DNA of 56,708 nt, taken from Candidatus Kapaibacterium sp. Lineage in GTDB: Bacteria; Bacteroidota; Ignavibacteria; Palsa-1295. The notes beneath the pieces are model-generated. The model ran no database searches. It saw only the letters and a list, made by a program, of their open reading frames with translations, and was not told the DNA's origin. A program made the position numbers and the translations under genes. Of this stretch, positions 36,294 to 45,355 are shown in pieces (the first letter of the stretch is position 1; each line of letters opens with the position of its first letter). The DNA is taken from positions 1-56,708 of the forward strand of contig JBDTCS010000159.1 of the NCBI GenBank assembly GCA_039923455.1, written 5' to 3'.

Positions 36294-37871
36294 TTAGCTT
36301 TCTGCTCCGACAGTGAGAATAATCTGGTCGGAATTAGCGATGATCTTTTCACCGAGCGGCACGATCATGATATGATGCTCCTCAGCATTCGGGTCGAGCG
36401 TGAGATAGAGCAGGCTACACGCTACATCTAAACGCGCCGCAGCGAGACCACTTGTGACGTGATTGTAATACACTTTGAAGCCACCCGAAAAATGCGCAGG
36501 AACATACTTATGCGGCTTTTGCGAGTAGGGCAGAAAGATCACCGTCTCGGCCTTCGTTGGTTTGCCGTGCAGCACAAGATCAAATATTTTTGTGCGATCA
36601 TTAAACGACATCCGGACCGGCTTCGCGCTGCTTGCTATTGGATAGGGTCGTGTTGCGATATCGAGATTGCGGGGCTCATGATTCTCATCGATCAGAGAAA
36701 AATCTTCGCGCATAAATCCATCGCGTTCTTTGGTAGTGTTGTATAGATTAACATTCCAATATGTTGATGACACCAATGCGCGCTCGACAGCCTCGAAGTG
36801 CCAGTGCATGTGACGTCGCGTGACTCCACGAAACCAATTCTGCCTCGAACCAAACTCTGTCAAGAACGGCAGCATCTCTTTTTCTTTCGCTTGCTGCACA
36901 CCGATCTCGACGGCTTCCAGATATTCTTCACGCTTGCGTTCGTGGAAATGCAATCCATGCAAACCGGTCAGAAGTGAATCGTAATAATGATACGCGAAAA
37001 TCAGGCGATCATCCTCGGTGCCGCTATTCCTCAAGAGCGAACGATAGCGTTTGTCCGACCGCAGATTCACATTCCAATCGCTCTGCGGCGCAAGCATGAC
37101 GAAAAGCTCTTTCGAATGCTTGCGAATGCGTTGCGTTGCCTCACGATAAAAATCTGTCAGCAGTTCTCGCTCGAAGGCCTCCGCATCAAGCTCCGCAGGG
37201 TGCGGTTCATTCACGATCTCGACCCCGAGCACACGTGCGTGCTTGGCAGCGCGTGCGGCAACGAATTCGATCATGTCCAAAAAGCGATCTCTTGCTGCGA
37301 ACTTGATCAAAGGCGGCGTTACGGTCGTGTTCGTAATTGAGTTGCGCCAGAACTGCGTGAAGCTCCTGCGCAAGCCCTTGTTCATCACGTAGTTCAAACC
37401 CCAAAGCGGCGTGTTGAGCAGGAATGCGTTATCGGTCGTACCATCCTCTCGCACCCACGTCGGAAATCCGTTGCCACCGTAGGCAGCTTGCAAAAGATCT
37501 TGGTGAATGTCAATGAAAATCGTAAAGCCTTTGTTCGTGAGGAGCTCGACGATCTCGAAAAACTTTTCGAAGTAGTCCAGATTGTAGATTGGCTTCGTCG
37601 GATCGCAGTGTGGCTCGAGCGCAGCCCAACTAAACGGCAAGCGCATTACGTTAAAACCGCACGCCAGCAGGAGATCGAGATAGGTTTCGAATCTCGGCCA
37701 ATCCTCCGGAGAATGGATCGGCAAATACGGTGGTAGTTTTGCCGTGGGGCCAAAGCATACACCACGAAAAAGTATGTAGCGTCCGTCCGTTCGCGACCGA
37801 AAATAGATGCCGTCGCGGTAGAGATCACTGACGATCGGAAATGTGAATCCGTTGATTTGCGTTCGAGACAA
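36294..37871 (-). CDS. glycoside hydrolase family 5 (endoglycoceramidase/cellulase-like), apparently cytoplasmic
   Basis: Motifs MRLPFSWAALEP, IDIHQD and the catalytic VEIVNEPHP (NEP) motif. No signal peptide. TTG start at 37871. Confidence 0.75.
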   Translation of the reverse strand: MSRTQINGFTFPIVSDLYRDGIYFRSRTDGRYILFRGVCFGPTAKLPPYLPIHSPEDWPRFETYLDLLLACGFNVMRLPFSWAALEPHCDPTKPIYNLDYFEKFFEIVELLTNKGFTIFIDIHQDLLQAAYGGNGFPTWVREDGTTDNAFLLNTPLWGLNYVMNKGLRRSFTQFWRNSITNTTVTPPLIKFAARDRFLDMIEFVAARAAKHARVLGVEIVNEPHPAELDAEAFERELLTDFYREATQRIRKHSKELFVMLAPQSDWNVNLRSDKRYRSLLRNSGTEDDRLIFAYHYYDSLLTGLHGLHFHERKREEYLEAVEIGVQQAKEKEMLPFLTEFGSRQNWFRGVTRRHMHWHFEAVERALVSSTYWNVNLYNTTKERDGFMREDFSLIDENHEPRNLDIATRPYPIASSAKPVRMSFNDRTKIFDLVLHGKPTKAETVIFLPYSQKPHKYVPAHFSGGFKVYYNHVTSGLAAARLDVACSLLYLTLDPNAEEHHIMIVPLGEKIIANSDQIILTVGAES

Positions 37872-37890
37872 TCGTTAACAATTTATTGAT

Positions 37891-37910
37891 GTCGTACAAT
37901 ATTGTGCGAC
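37891..37910. promoter_or_regulatory. 20-bp near-perfect palindrome in the GH5/MFS divergent promoter region (candidate operator)
   Basis: gtcgtacaat|attgtgcgac: 9 of 10 positions are symmetric (the mismatch is T versus C). It lies 20 nt from the GH5 start codon in a 220-bp divergent spacer. Confidence 0.35.
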
Positions 37911-38091
37911 TTCTTTCGATTCCATGCTGATCGGGATCTGTAGGCGGTCTGTAAAACCGTGCAATGTTTGTAAATGTTTACCGATTTGCACGGAATAATA
38001 TTCTGGAAATGCCGGCTCGACGTGTTGTCGGGGCGGCCGCTCGGAATTACGTAGCTGAAAATAATAGTCGTATGTTCAAAATCATGCAATA

Positions 38092-39285
38092 ATGTTCAAG
38101 AATAAGGCGCTTATTCCAATTGCCGTAGTAGTTTTTGTCGATCTACTCGGCTTCTCGATCATCTTGCCGCTCCTCCCATTTTATGCGGCTACCTTTCAAG
38201 CGGGTCCGGAGCTGATCGGCTATTTGGTCGCATCCTATTCCGTGTGTCAATTTATCGCTGCCCCGATTCTCGGCGGTTTGAGCGATCGGTTCGGGAGGCG
38301 ACCGCTCCTGATCTACTCGCAGATCGGATCGATGCTCGGATTTATTATGCTCGGGCTTGCAAATTCGTTGCCGATGCTTTTTATCTCGCGCATCATCGAT
38401 GGATTAAGTGGTGGTAATATTACAATTGCTGCGGCCTATATCGCAGATGTCACCGAGCCAAAAGATCGGGCAGGCGCGATGGCGATCATTGGAATTGGCT
38501 TTGGTTTAGGTTTCATGGTCGGACCGCTGATCGGTGGCACACTCGCAACGCACTTTGGTTATGCGGTGCCTGCGTTTGTCGCAGCAGGCTTTGCGGCAAG
38601 CAGCACACTACTCACAACATTCTATCTGAAGGAATACACGCACAAGCCCGACCCGAATGCGAAAAAAGGTCTTGCGCAATATACGCGTGTGTTTGATTAT
38701 TTTAAGATTCCAAACCTTCGCACATTGCTGACGATCTTTCTCTTTTTTGCGCTGCCGTTCTCACTGTATGTTTCGATGTTCTCGCTCTATGCGAAGATCG
38801 AGCTGAACTTCACACCGGAACAAGTCGGTGAATTTCTTGCCTTCATCGGAGTCGTTGGAGTCATTTGGCAGGGCGGCGTAGTACGTCCGCTTGTGAAACG
38901 CTTCGGAGAAGTGAATGCGATGCGAGCAGGGATGATCGCACTCATGCTCGGCTTGCTCGGAATTGTAATTGCGACAAATTGGTGGCAACTGGGTCTCGTC
39001 GCAATCGTCTTCTCATTCGGTACGGGCATCACTCGTCCAACGATTTCGAGTCTCATCTCGCAGGCATCACCGCCCGGGCGCAGAGGTGGAGCGATGGGAG
39101 TTTCCAGTTCTATTGAAAGCTTCTCTCGTTCGGTTGCCCCGATCTTGGGTGGATGGATCATCGGCGGCTTGTATCCAAACTACATCGGATATGTCGGCGC
39201 ATTCCTCGCAGCGATAGGGCTTGTGCTCGCCTTCCTCGTCAAGTTTGATAGTCATGAAGTGACAGGCGAGATCATCATAGACTGA
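38092..39285 (+). CDS. MFS transporter (drug:H+ antiporter/Tet-like subfamily)
   Basis: 397 aa, 12 TM helices. Contains MFS motif A GGLSDRFGRRPLL. Confidence 0.85.
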   Translation: MFKNKALIPIAVVVFVDLLGFSIILPLLPFYAATFQAGPELIGYLVASYSVCQFIAAPILGGLSDRFGRRPLLIYSQIGSMLGFIMLGLANSLPMLFISRIIDGLSGGNITIAAAYIADVTEPKDRAGAMAIIGIGFGLGFMVGPLIGGTLATHFGYAVPAFVAAGFAASSTLLTTFYLKEYTHKPDPNAKKGLAQYTRVFDYFKIPNLRTLLTIFLFFALPFSLYVSMFSLYAKIELNFTPEQVGEFLAFIGVVGVIWQGGVVRPLVKRFGEVNAMRAGMIALMLGLLGIVIATNWWQLGLVAIVFSFGTGITRPTISSLISQASPPGRRGGAMGVSSSIESFSRSVAPILGGWIIGGLYPNYIGYVGAFLAAIGLVLAFLVKFDSHEVTGEIIID

Positions 39286-39302
39286 AAAGATCGACTAAAA
39301 AT

Positions 39303-39335
39303 AAAAAGGGTTCAAGCAAAGCTTGAACCCTTTTT
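39303..39335. terminator. bidirectional rho-independent terminator
   Basis: aaaaagggttcaagc-aaa-gcttgaacccttttt: a perfect 15-bp stem including the A and T runs, between convergent genes. Confidence 0.85.
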
Positions 39336-39354
39336 ATTAAATCTCTTGGAGCAC

Positions 39355-39891
39355 TTACGACTGCGTCTTCTTCCAGTTTTGGTATTCCTGCGTCTTATAT
39401 GCGCCGGTACCGATAAAGCGTAAGACCATCGTGAACTCGGTCGCCTCTACGTAGCCCGGTATCTTCTCTACAACTTGCCCGTCGGGTGTCATGAAGATCA
39501 ACGTCGGATATCCGGTGATACCAAGATGCCGTGCGATTTGTTGCTCGGTTCGTTGCTCACCAAGATAGGTGTGCGAGACTGTTGCTTCGGCGTTCACTTT
39601 GGCGGCAGTGAAATATTTTCCAAGCTCTGCCTGAACACTCGCATCGGAATAGACATCACGATCCATACGCTTGCACCATCCGCACCAGTCGGTGTAAAAA
39701 TCAAGCAGGATAAGCTTGTTATCGGCCTTCGCTTTTGTGAAGGCCTGTTCGTATGTCGAGAATCCGGCAGCGAGCCCGCCTTCAGCTTGCTTCGCCTCCG
39801 CTGATTTGACCGTCGAAGAAGATCGACTGACCAACGCAACCAGACCCGCGCAAATAAGCGCGACCATTACCCAATTCTTATTAATTCGCAT
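39355..39891 (-). CDS. secreted thioredoxin-fold protein (DsbD-C/DUF255-like)
   Basis: Signal peptide. Active site FYTDWCGWCKRMD (CxxC). Also contains GYPTLIF, typical of thioredoxin-like proteins. Confidence 0.8.
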   Translation of the reverse strand: MRINKNWVMVALICAGLVALVSRSSSTVKSAEAKQAEGGLAAGFSTYEQAFTKAKADNKLILLDFYTDWCGWCKRMDRDVYSDASVQAELGKYFTAAKVNAEATVSHTYLGEQRTEQQIARHLGITGYPTLIFMTPDGQVVEKIPGYVEATEFTMVLRFIGTGAYKTQEYQNWKKTQS

Positions 39892-39954
39892 AACGCTATT
39901 ACTTCAAATTATTGCCCGAAACACGCTCGGACTTATTAAATAACCATCCTGGGC

Positions 39955-40422
39955 TCAGGAAAGTTGACAAATCGCATAAGCGGCAACACCTTCCTCCCGA
40001 CCGACGAACCCAATTCGCTCATTTGTTGTCGCTTTCACCGAGATTTGCTTGATCGTGATTCCAAGCGCTTCCGCAATCACGGCACGCATGGCGTCGATAT
40101 GAGGCCTAAGTTTCGGTGTTTCAAGCACCACCGTGGAATCGATATTAACGATGACTGCCCCTTCCGTTTTAAGCAAAGTGGCCACGTGCTTCAGAAGTTC
40201 AAGACTGTTCGCGCCACGATATTTCGGATCGGTGTCCGGAAAATGTAATCCGATATCCCCAAGCGATAGCGCACCGAGCAATGCATCCATGATCGCGTGC
40301 AAGAGTACATCGCCATCTGAGTGAGCAACTGTTCCGAGCGCAGCGCCTTCGAACGTCACACCACCCAACACAAGCGATTCACCCGCTGCAAGTTTATGAA
40401 CATCGTAACCAAAACCAACCAT
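39955..40422 (-). CDS. ispF: 2-C-methyl-D-erythritol 2,4-cyclodiphosphate synthase
   Basis: From the Met at 40422: MVGFGYDVHKL...GVTF...AHSDGDVLLHAIMDALLGA...GDIGLHFPDTDPKYRG. This is a full-length, 155-aa IspF. Confidence 0.92.
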   Translation of the reverse strand: MVGFGYDVHKLAAGESLVLGGVTFEGAALGTVAHSDGDVLLHAIMDALLGALSLGDIGLHFPDTDPKYRGANSLELLKHVATLLKTEGAVIVNIDSTVVLETPKLRPHIDAMRAVIAEALGITIKQISVKATTNERIGFVGREEGVAAYAICQLS

Positions 40423-40457
40423 CGAATCTCTTTCGTAATTATGTATCCAGAGTGCGA

Positions 40458-41063
40458 TTACTCTACCAACAATTGTTTCAACAACGCTACTCGCTCCGTG
40501 CCTAAAGCTCTTACAAGCGGCTTTTCCAGAAATTCGAGTAATGGAATTTCCTCTCGTTCGCCTCGCACTCTTCCGCCTTCGCACTCTTCGATCTCTTCGT
40601 AACAAATGTAGTATCCGTCTGAGCGTTTCTCCGGATAAATGCGAATCGGAAATAGGTGGCAACTGATCGGCTTGGCAAATCCTGTTATCTCACCATTTCG
40701 ATGCGCGCTCTCGATTGCACAAAGTGCAACATCGCCATCGTAACGGACGAAGATGCAATCGGCGCGTTCAACTGCCGGTATCGTTAGCGAGCCATTCTTC
40801 TCTCGATGCCACACGCCCTCAGACTCTATCACATCGAGCGCATCAGACGAAAGGTATTTTGCAACGTGGGGCAGCACTCGTTCCAACTCCGCGATCTCGG
40901 ATTCCAATATCGGTGCACCGAGCGCACCAGGCATAGTGCAACATGCTCCTTTGCAAACGGAGAGATCGCAAGCAAAGCGCACCGAACCAAGACGCGCTTC
41001 TGCACTAAAATGCAGATCGTCTCGATAAACCGGCAACGTCATCTTTCTGATCTCTTCGGACAT
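40458..41063 (-). CDS. DUF3109-like Cys-rich protein
   Basis: 201 aa. The Cys cluster FACDLSVCKGACCTMPGALGAPILESE resembles DUF3109 as I remember it. Unverified. Confidence 0.5.
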   Translation of the reverse strand: MSEEIRKMTLPVYRDDLHFSAEARLGSVRFACDLSVCKGACCTMPGALGAPILESEIAELERVLPHVAKYLSSDALDVIESEGVWHREKNGSLTIPAVERADCIFVRYDGDVALCAIESAHRNGEITGFAKPISCHLFPIRIYPEKRSDGYYICYEEIEECEGGRVRGEREEIPLLEFLEKPLVRALGTERVALLKQLLVE

Positions 41064-41080
41064 TATTGGTTCGAAGTATG

Positions 41081-41602
41081 CTATTGATCGAGGTGCGCTA
41101 ACTTCGGTGGAAGCAATGCACGCAAGAGGCCGCGCATCCGCGGCACATCCAAACTGGACATCGTTATGATTGCAACCGCACTCTTCTTCATCTCGATACT
41201 TCCACCATAACTACCGGCGATAAGTATACTGCCAAAGTGTGAGAGATGTGGCTCATGGCCAACAAGCATTACTGTTTCGTGCTTCTTGAACATTGAAGCA
41301 AGATAGGCCATCGATGTTTCCATTTCGGAGCCCGGCAGAATTGCGTTCGTAGTCTCTCGCTTCGCGTCGGGTGCAAAGAGGTCATGCACGATCTCGGCTG
41401 TTTCGATTGCGCGAACAAGTGGACTCGATATCACGATCGAGGGTGCTTCATATTTCATCGCGTTGAGCGCACGTGCCATTGCGCGTGTCTTCGCTTTCCC
41501 AATATCGGTGAGTTTGCGGGCCGCATCATCTGTGTAGGTTACACCTGCATCCCCAGCATCACCGTGCCGCATCAAATAGAGATCCATACGAAATAATTTC
41601 AA
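41081..41602 (-). CDS. sixA: phosphohistidine phosphatase SixA (histidine phosphatase superfamily)
   Basis: Motifs LYLMRHGDA (catalytic RHG), SSPLVRAIETAEIV and LVGHEPHL. The start is Met 41602 or Met 41587. Confidence 0.8.
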   Translation of the reverse strand: MKLFRMDLYLMRHGDAGDAGVTYTDDAARKLTDIGKAKTRAMARALNAMKYEAPSIVISSPLVRAIETAEIVHDLFAPDAKRETTNAILPGSEMETSMAYLASMFKKHETVMLVGHEPHLSHFGSILIAGSYGGSIEMKKSAVAIITMSSLDVPRMRGLLRALLPPKLAHLDQ

Positions 41603-41683
41603 ATGTGTCGATCAAGCGCGCCTCTATAACGCACAAAAGGCGCAGACTGTGCTGCGCCTTTTGCAAAAATATTTGGTGCAAGC

Positions 41684-43471
41684 TTACTTGCCCATTGGGG
41701 TTGCATTCGGCGAACGCGTAACATTCGCGCCACGCACAACCCAATAGCGTGGGTCGAAGCACGGACGCTGACGGAAGAACTCGACGTTGTCAAAGCGATT
41801 CAACATTCCGATAAAGTTCGGCGAGCAAAACATGAATGTCACAGGTTGATCGTCAAGGATCTGATGCTGGAGTTTGAAGTGTAGCGCGTAACGCTTCGTT
41901 TTATCAAACTCGGTCTTGATCTGCTCCATTATTTGATCGGCGGCCGGGCTCGAATACGAATAGTAATTCGAACCCTTGTTCTTCATCTGTGAAGAATGCC
42001 ACAATTGGAAGATCTCGTCCTCCGAAGCATTTCCCGCCCACGCTCCATACGCGGCATCGTAGTTGTGACTCTTGGTATTCTCGAGAAATACCGACCACTC
42101 AAGCGCGGTCACCCCTGCGTCGATACCAGCCTTCTTCAACTCTTCAGCGACCACGAGTAGAATATTTTTACGTGTATCGTTGCCTGCATTCACCTGAAAG
42201 ACGAATTTGAATTGTACTTTCTTTCCATCGATCACTTTGTCAAGGATTCCGTCGCCATCTGTATCCGCCCAACCGGCTTGCGCAAGTAGCTTCTTTGCTT
42301 CCTCTACGTTGTAACCCGGTTGTTTGACGGTCGGATCGAAATTTGGCTGCGTGAATGCAACAGGTCCATCATTCTTATGTGCCTGATCTCTCAAAATCGT
42401 GTGCATAATCAGATCCCGATCGATGAGCATTGTAAGTGCCTTACGAACGAGTGGATCTTTGAACAACGGTCGTGCATTATTCCACGCAATGAACGTATAG
42501 GCGTTGTAATAGACGGTGTCCTTGCGCAGGTAGGGCATCTTCACCGTGTCGAGCTGATCCAGGTACTGCGCAGGTTTCAGATTATCAATGATGTCTAGAT
42601 CCTTACTCTTAAGCGCTGTAAGTGCCGCGTTCTGATCGGTGATCGTTTTGAAAATGATCGTATCAGGGTATGCTTCAAGCCATTTGATATCCTGAGCCCA
42701 ATATTTCGGATTACGTTTGAGAATGATGAACTGATTCGTCTGCCAACCCTCGAAAATGTAGGGACCGGAGCCGATCTGATACTTCGGATCGCGACTAAGA
42801 GCCGGTGATTCGAACCACGTAGCGAACTCCTGAATCGCTGCGTTCGTCGTAGAGATATTGTGAAGTTCAGCCCAAGGCATCTGATCCGTCAGGTTCTTTG
42901 GATCGAGCACGTGCTTGGGAAGGATTTTTACATAGCCGCCGCCGAGCACCACATCCCCATCAAAACGTGGCACGGAAAGATGGAATGCAACTTTGCTTGC
43001 ATCGCCGTTCGGATAATAGACACTATCGAGCGATGTAAAATAACCACGTAAGGCCTGCGAATTAATCACGCGTGGATTCATCACCGCTTTCATACTAAAG
43101 ATGATGTCCGCACCTGTCACCGGAACTCCATCCGACCATTGTGCCTTCGGATCCATCGTGTAGGTATAGGTCAAATGATCAGCCGAAATCTCCGGAAGAC
43201 TGGCAAGTCCTGGGATCAGCTCGAGCGACCGAGGATTTTGTGCGTTCAGCGATTCCCAAACCTCCTGTTGCAGATATGCAGCCGCCGCATCGGTCGAAGT
43301 GTACGGGTTCAGGCGTTCGATATCCGAAAGCTGCCACCAAACCATGTTGTTCTTGGACGACAGATTATAATTGTTTCCCGGTCCGTTACCTTTTTTGCAG
43401 CCGAAAAGGGTGAGACTGGCTGTTAGGACGAGGAGCGTAAAGAGCGCTCCACCACGCAAGTTTGATCGCAT
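41684..43471 (-). CDS. ABC transporter substrate-binding lipoprotein, family 5 (peptide/nickel type)
   Basis: 595 aa. Lipobox LTLFGCKKG. Architecture typical of SBP_bac_5 (WSDGVPVTGADIIFS, GSGPYIFEGW, RNPKYW). No permease or ATPase genes are adjacent. Confidence 0.8.
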   Translation of the reverse strand: MRSNLRGGALFTLLVLTASLTLFGCKKGNGPGNNYNLSSKNNMVWWQLSDIERLNPYTSTDAAAAYLQQEVWESLNAQNPRSLELIPGLASLPEISADHLTYTYTMDPKAQWSDGVPVTGADIIFSMKAVMNPRVINSQALRGYFTSLDSVYYPNGDASKVAFHLSVPRFDGDVVLGGGYVKILPKHVLDPKNLTDQMPWAELHNISTTNAAIQEFATWFESPALSRDPKYQIGSGPYIFEGWQTNQFIILKRNPKYWAQDIKWLEAYPDTIIFKTITDQNAALTALKSKDLDIIDNLKPAQYLDQLDTVKMPYLRKDTVYYNAYTFIAWNNARPLFKDPLVRKALTMLIDRDLIMHTILRDQAHKNDGPVAFTQPNFDPTVKQPGYNVEEAKKLLAQAGWADTDGDGILDKVIDGKKVQFKFVFQVNAGNDTRKNILLVVAEELKKAGIDAGVTALEWSVFLENTKSHNYDAAYGAWAGNASEDEIFQLWHSSQMKNKGSNYYSYSSPAADQIMEQIKTEFDKTKRYALHFKLQHQILDDQPVTFMFCSPNFIGMLNRFDNVEFFRQRPCFDPRYWVVRGANVTRSPNATPMGK

Positions 43472-43673
43472 TGTTGGTCTGATAAATATGATAAAATCGT
43501 GAGAGAATTTGGCATTCCCTATGCAAATCTAAGCAGAAACCGAAGCCTACCCGCTGAACCGGTACGACTCGCTTTACCGCGAAAGCTCACTGCGCTTTCA
43601 AAAATCTTATTGAAAGAGTATCGTTTCGGGCACTTTTGGGCGTTGCGACCCAAGCATTTTTTCGCTTTGCGTT

Positions 43674-44714
43674 CTACTCAAAATCATGTTCGAAGTACGG
43701 TATCACGCGGTCCGAGGGGCCGGTGATGCCTTGGTCGGTCTTTGCGATGATCAGGTTTTCGAGTTTGCGGGAAAATTCTTTCGACGCATCGTAGCCGTAG
43801 TGCTTCAGAAGATAGTTGAGTGCGATAACCTCGGCAATGACCGTGATGTTCTTGCCGGTGATGATCGGCAGTTTCACATGTGGCACTTCGACGCTTAAGA
43901 CTTGGGCAAACGATTCATCGAGGCCTGTGCGAGTATAATCTCCATCGGCACTCCACTCTTCAAGCTCGACGATCACCTCGACGCGTTTCTGGAATCGGAT
44001 CGCACGAATGCCGAACATTTCGCGAACATTCAATAGGCCGAGCCCTCGGATTTCCATGAAATGCCGTACGAGGTCGGTGCCGGCGCCCATCAGAATGCCT
44101 TCGCCTTTTTGTGTGATCATGATTACATCATCAGCCACGAGCCGATGGCCGCGCTCGATCAGATCCAGCGCAACTTCGCTCTTACCGATTCCGCTTCTCC
44201 CGACGAAGAGCAGCCCAACACCATACACATCGACAAACGCACCATGAATAACCGTTTGCAGATTAAACTGATCGTCGAGAAAATCCGTGAGAAAATAAAT
44301 AGCTTTCGTCGTTTCGTAAGCTGTTTCGAAGAGCGGCAGATTGCGTTCTTCGCATAGCGCAATCATTTCGGGATCAAGCTTATTGCTCGAAGTAACAACA
44401 ATGCACGGGACCGAGAAAGAAGTCAATCTGCTAAAGGTCTCGAGGCGTTTTTCTTTATCAAGCGATTTGAGATAAAACATCTCGGTGTTGCCGAAGATCT
44501 GCACTCTATGAAACGTGAAGAGCTCGACATAACCAGCAAGTGCAAGTCCCGGGCGATGCAAATTCTTATCGGTGATGCGTTTATCAAGCCCACCGGCACC
44601 GGCAAGCAGCTTGAGCTTAAAGCGCTCTTGTGTCACTTCGTAGAAGTGCTTCACGGTGATGTACTCTTTTTGGATCGACTGCGTATTTCTCCAACCGCTG
44701 CCTTTGTCTGCCAT
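43674..44714 (-). CDS. hprK: HPr(Ser) kinase/phosphorylase
   Basis: P-loop GRSGIGKSE, followed by LVADD and EIRGLG motifs. Confidence 0.88.
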   Translation of the reverse strand: MADKGSGWRNTQSIQKEYITVKHFYEVTQERFKLKLLAGAGGLDKRITDKNLHRPGLALAGYVELFTFHRVQIFGNTEMFYLKSLDKEKRLETFSRLTSFSVPCIVVTSSNKLDPEMIALCEERNLPLFETAYETTKAIYFLTDFLDDQFNLQTVIHGAFVDVYGVGLLFVGRSGIGKSEVALDLIERGHRLVADDVIMITQKGEGILMGAGTDLVRHFMEIRGLGLLNVREMFGIRAIRFQKRVEVIVELEEWSADGDYTRTGLDESFAQVLSVEVPHVKLPIITGKNITVIAEVIALNYLLKHYGYDASKEFSRKLENLIIAKTDQGITGPSDRVIPYFEHDFE

Positions 44715-44744
44715 AGATCGTTTATCTGTAGTACGGATACACTT

Positions 44745-44797
44745 CGGCCCACCCCTCGCTTCGCTTCTTGTGTAAGAATAAAGAGAGGGGTGGGCCG
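44745..44797 (-). terminator. long stem-loop downstream of hpf (putative terminator or processing site, no U-tract)
   Basis: Perfect 13-bp GC-rich stem cggcccacccctc / gaggggtgggccg with a 27-nt loop, in the 133-nt spacer between the hpf stop and the hprK start. Confidence 0.45.
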
Positions 44798-44847
44798 ATT
44801 GGTTCGTTCGTGAACTCGGTTTCCTCGAGAGCCGCTCGGTCGGGAGA

Positions 44848-45234
44848 CTAGTCCTGATCTTCAGTTGCCGCGATATCCGCCGCTACATCCTCCTCCTCGA
44901 CTGCAACCGGTTCGACTTGCCCTGCGTGGCGTTTGAGCGCTGTTGGGTGCGCGTGTGTCTCTTTATATTTGTGCAGCTGTGCTTCGATCGTCTTTACTGC
45001 GAGATCGATAGACTTGTTGACATCACTGCTCGATTCCTTCGTGTGCAATACTTTGCCCGGTACAGTAACGTTTATCTCTGCCGTCTTCACATGCCCCGCA
45101 GCGCCTTCCTGATCGATCACTACTTCGGCGGAGATCGGCGAATACTTCCCCTCTATGCGCTTCAGTTCTTCTTCTACAAAAGTCTTGATCCGCCCATCGG
45201 TGGTGTCGTGTCGGACAGCTATTTGAATTAGCAT
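44848..45234 (-). CDS. hpf: ribosome hibernation promoting factor (short HPF/RaiA family)
   Basis: 128 aa: MLIQIAVRHDTTDGRIKTFVEEELKRIEGKY...AEINVTVPGKVLHTKESSSDVNKSIDLAVKTIEAQLHKYKE, with an acidic tail. Confidence 0.85.
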   Translation of the reverse strand: MLIQIAVRHDTTDGRIKTFVEEELKRIEGKYSPISAEVVIDQEGAAGHVKTAEINVTVPGKVLHTKESSSDVNKSIDLAVKTIEAQLHKYKETHAHPTALKRHAGQVEPVAVEEEDVAADIAATEDQD

Positions 45235-45355
45235 ACTCTGTCGCTATATAATTAGGTGATTCTGTATTCGTTCGTAGGTGGTTGTTTCTTCGTTCTCATC
45301 CTACAAACGTTGATCTAATAAAATTATTGTTTGCATGTCACGTGCATACGATCGC

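Noticed and set aside
40423-40662. 80-aa N-terminal extension of the ispF ORF (track ORF 39955-40662)
   Set aside because: The extension is Arg-rich junk (RRDRRVRRRKSARRTRG) and overlaps the 3' end of the DUF3109-like gene by about 200 nt. A full-length IspF starts at the internal Met at 40422. Similar unsupported 5' extensions were trimmed for topA (48799-48900), the M16 peptidase (33941-34075), the DUF2059-like gene (13259-13408), the DedA gene (35437-35532) and the 13428 gene (14133-14276).
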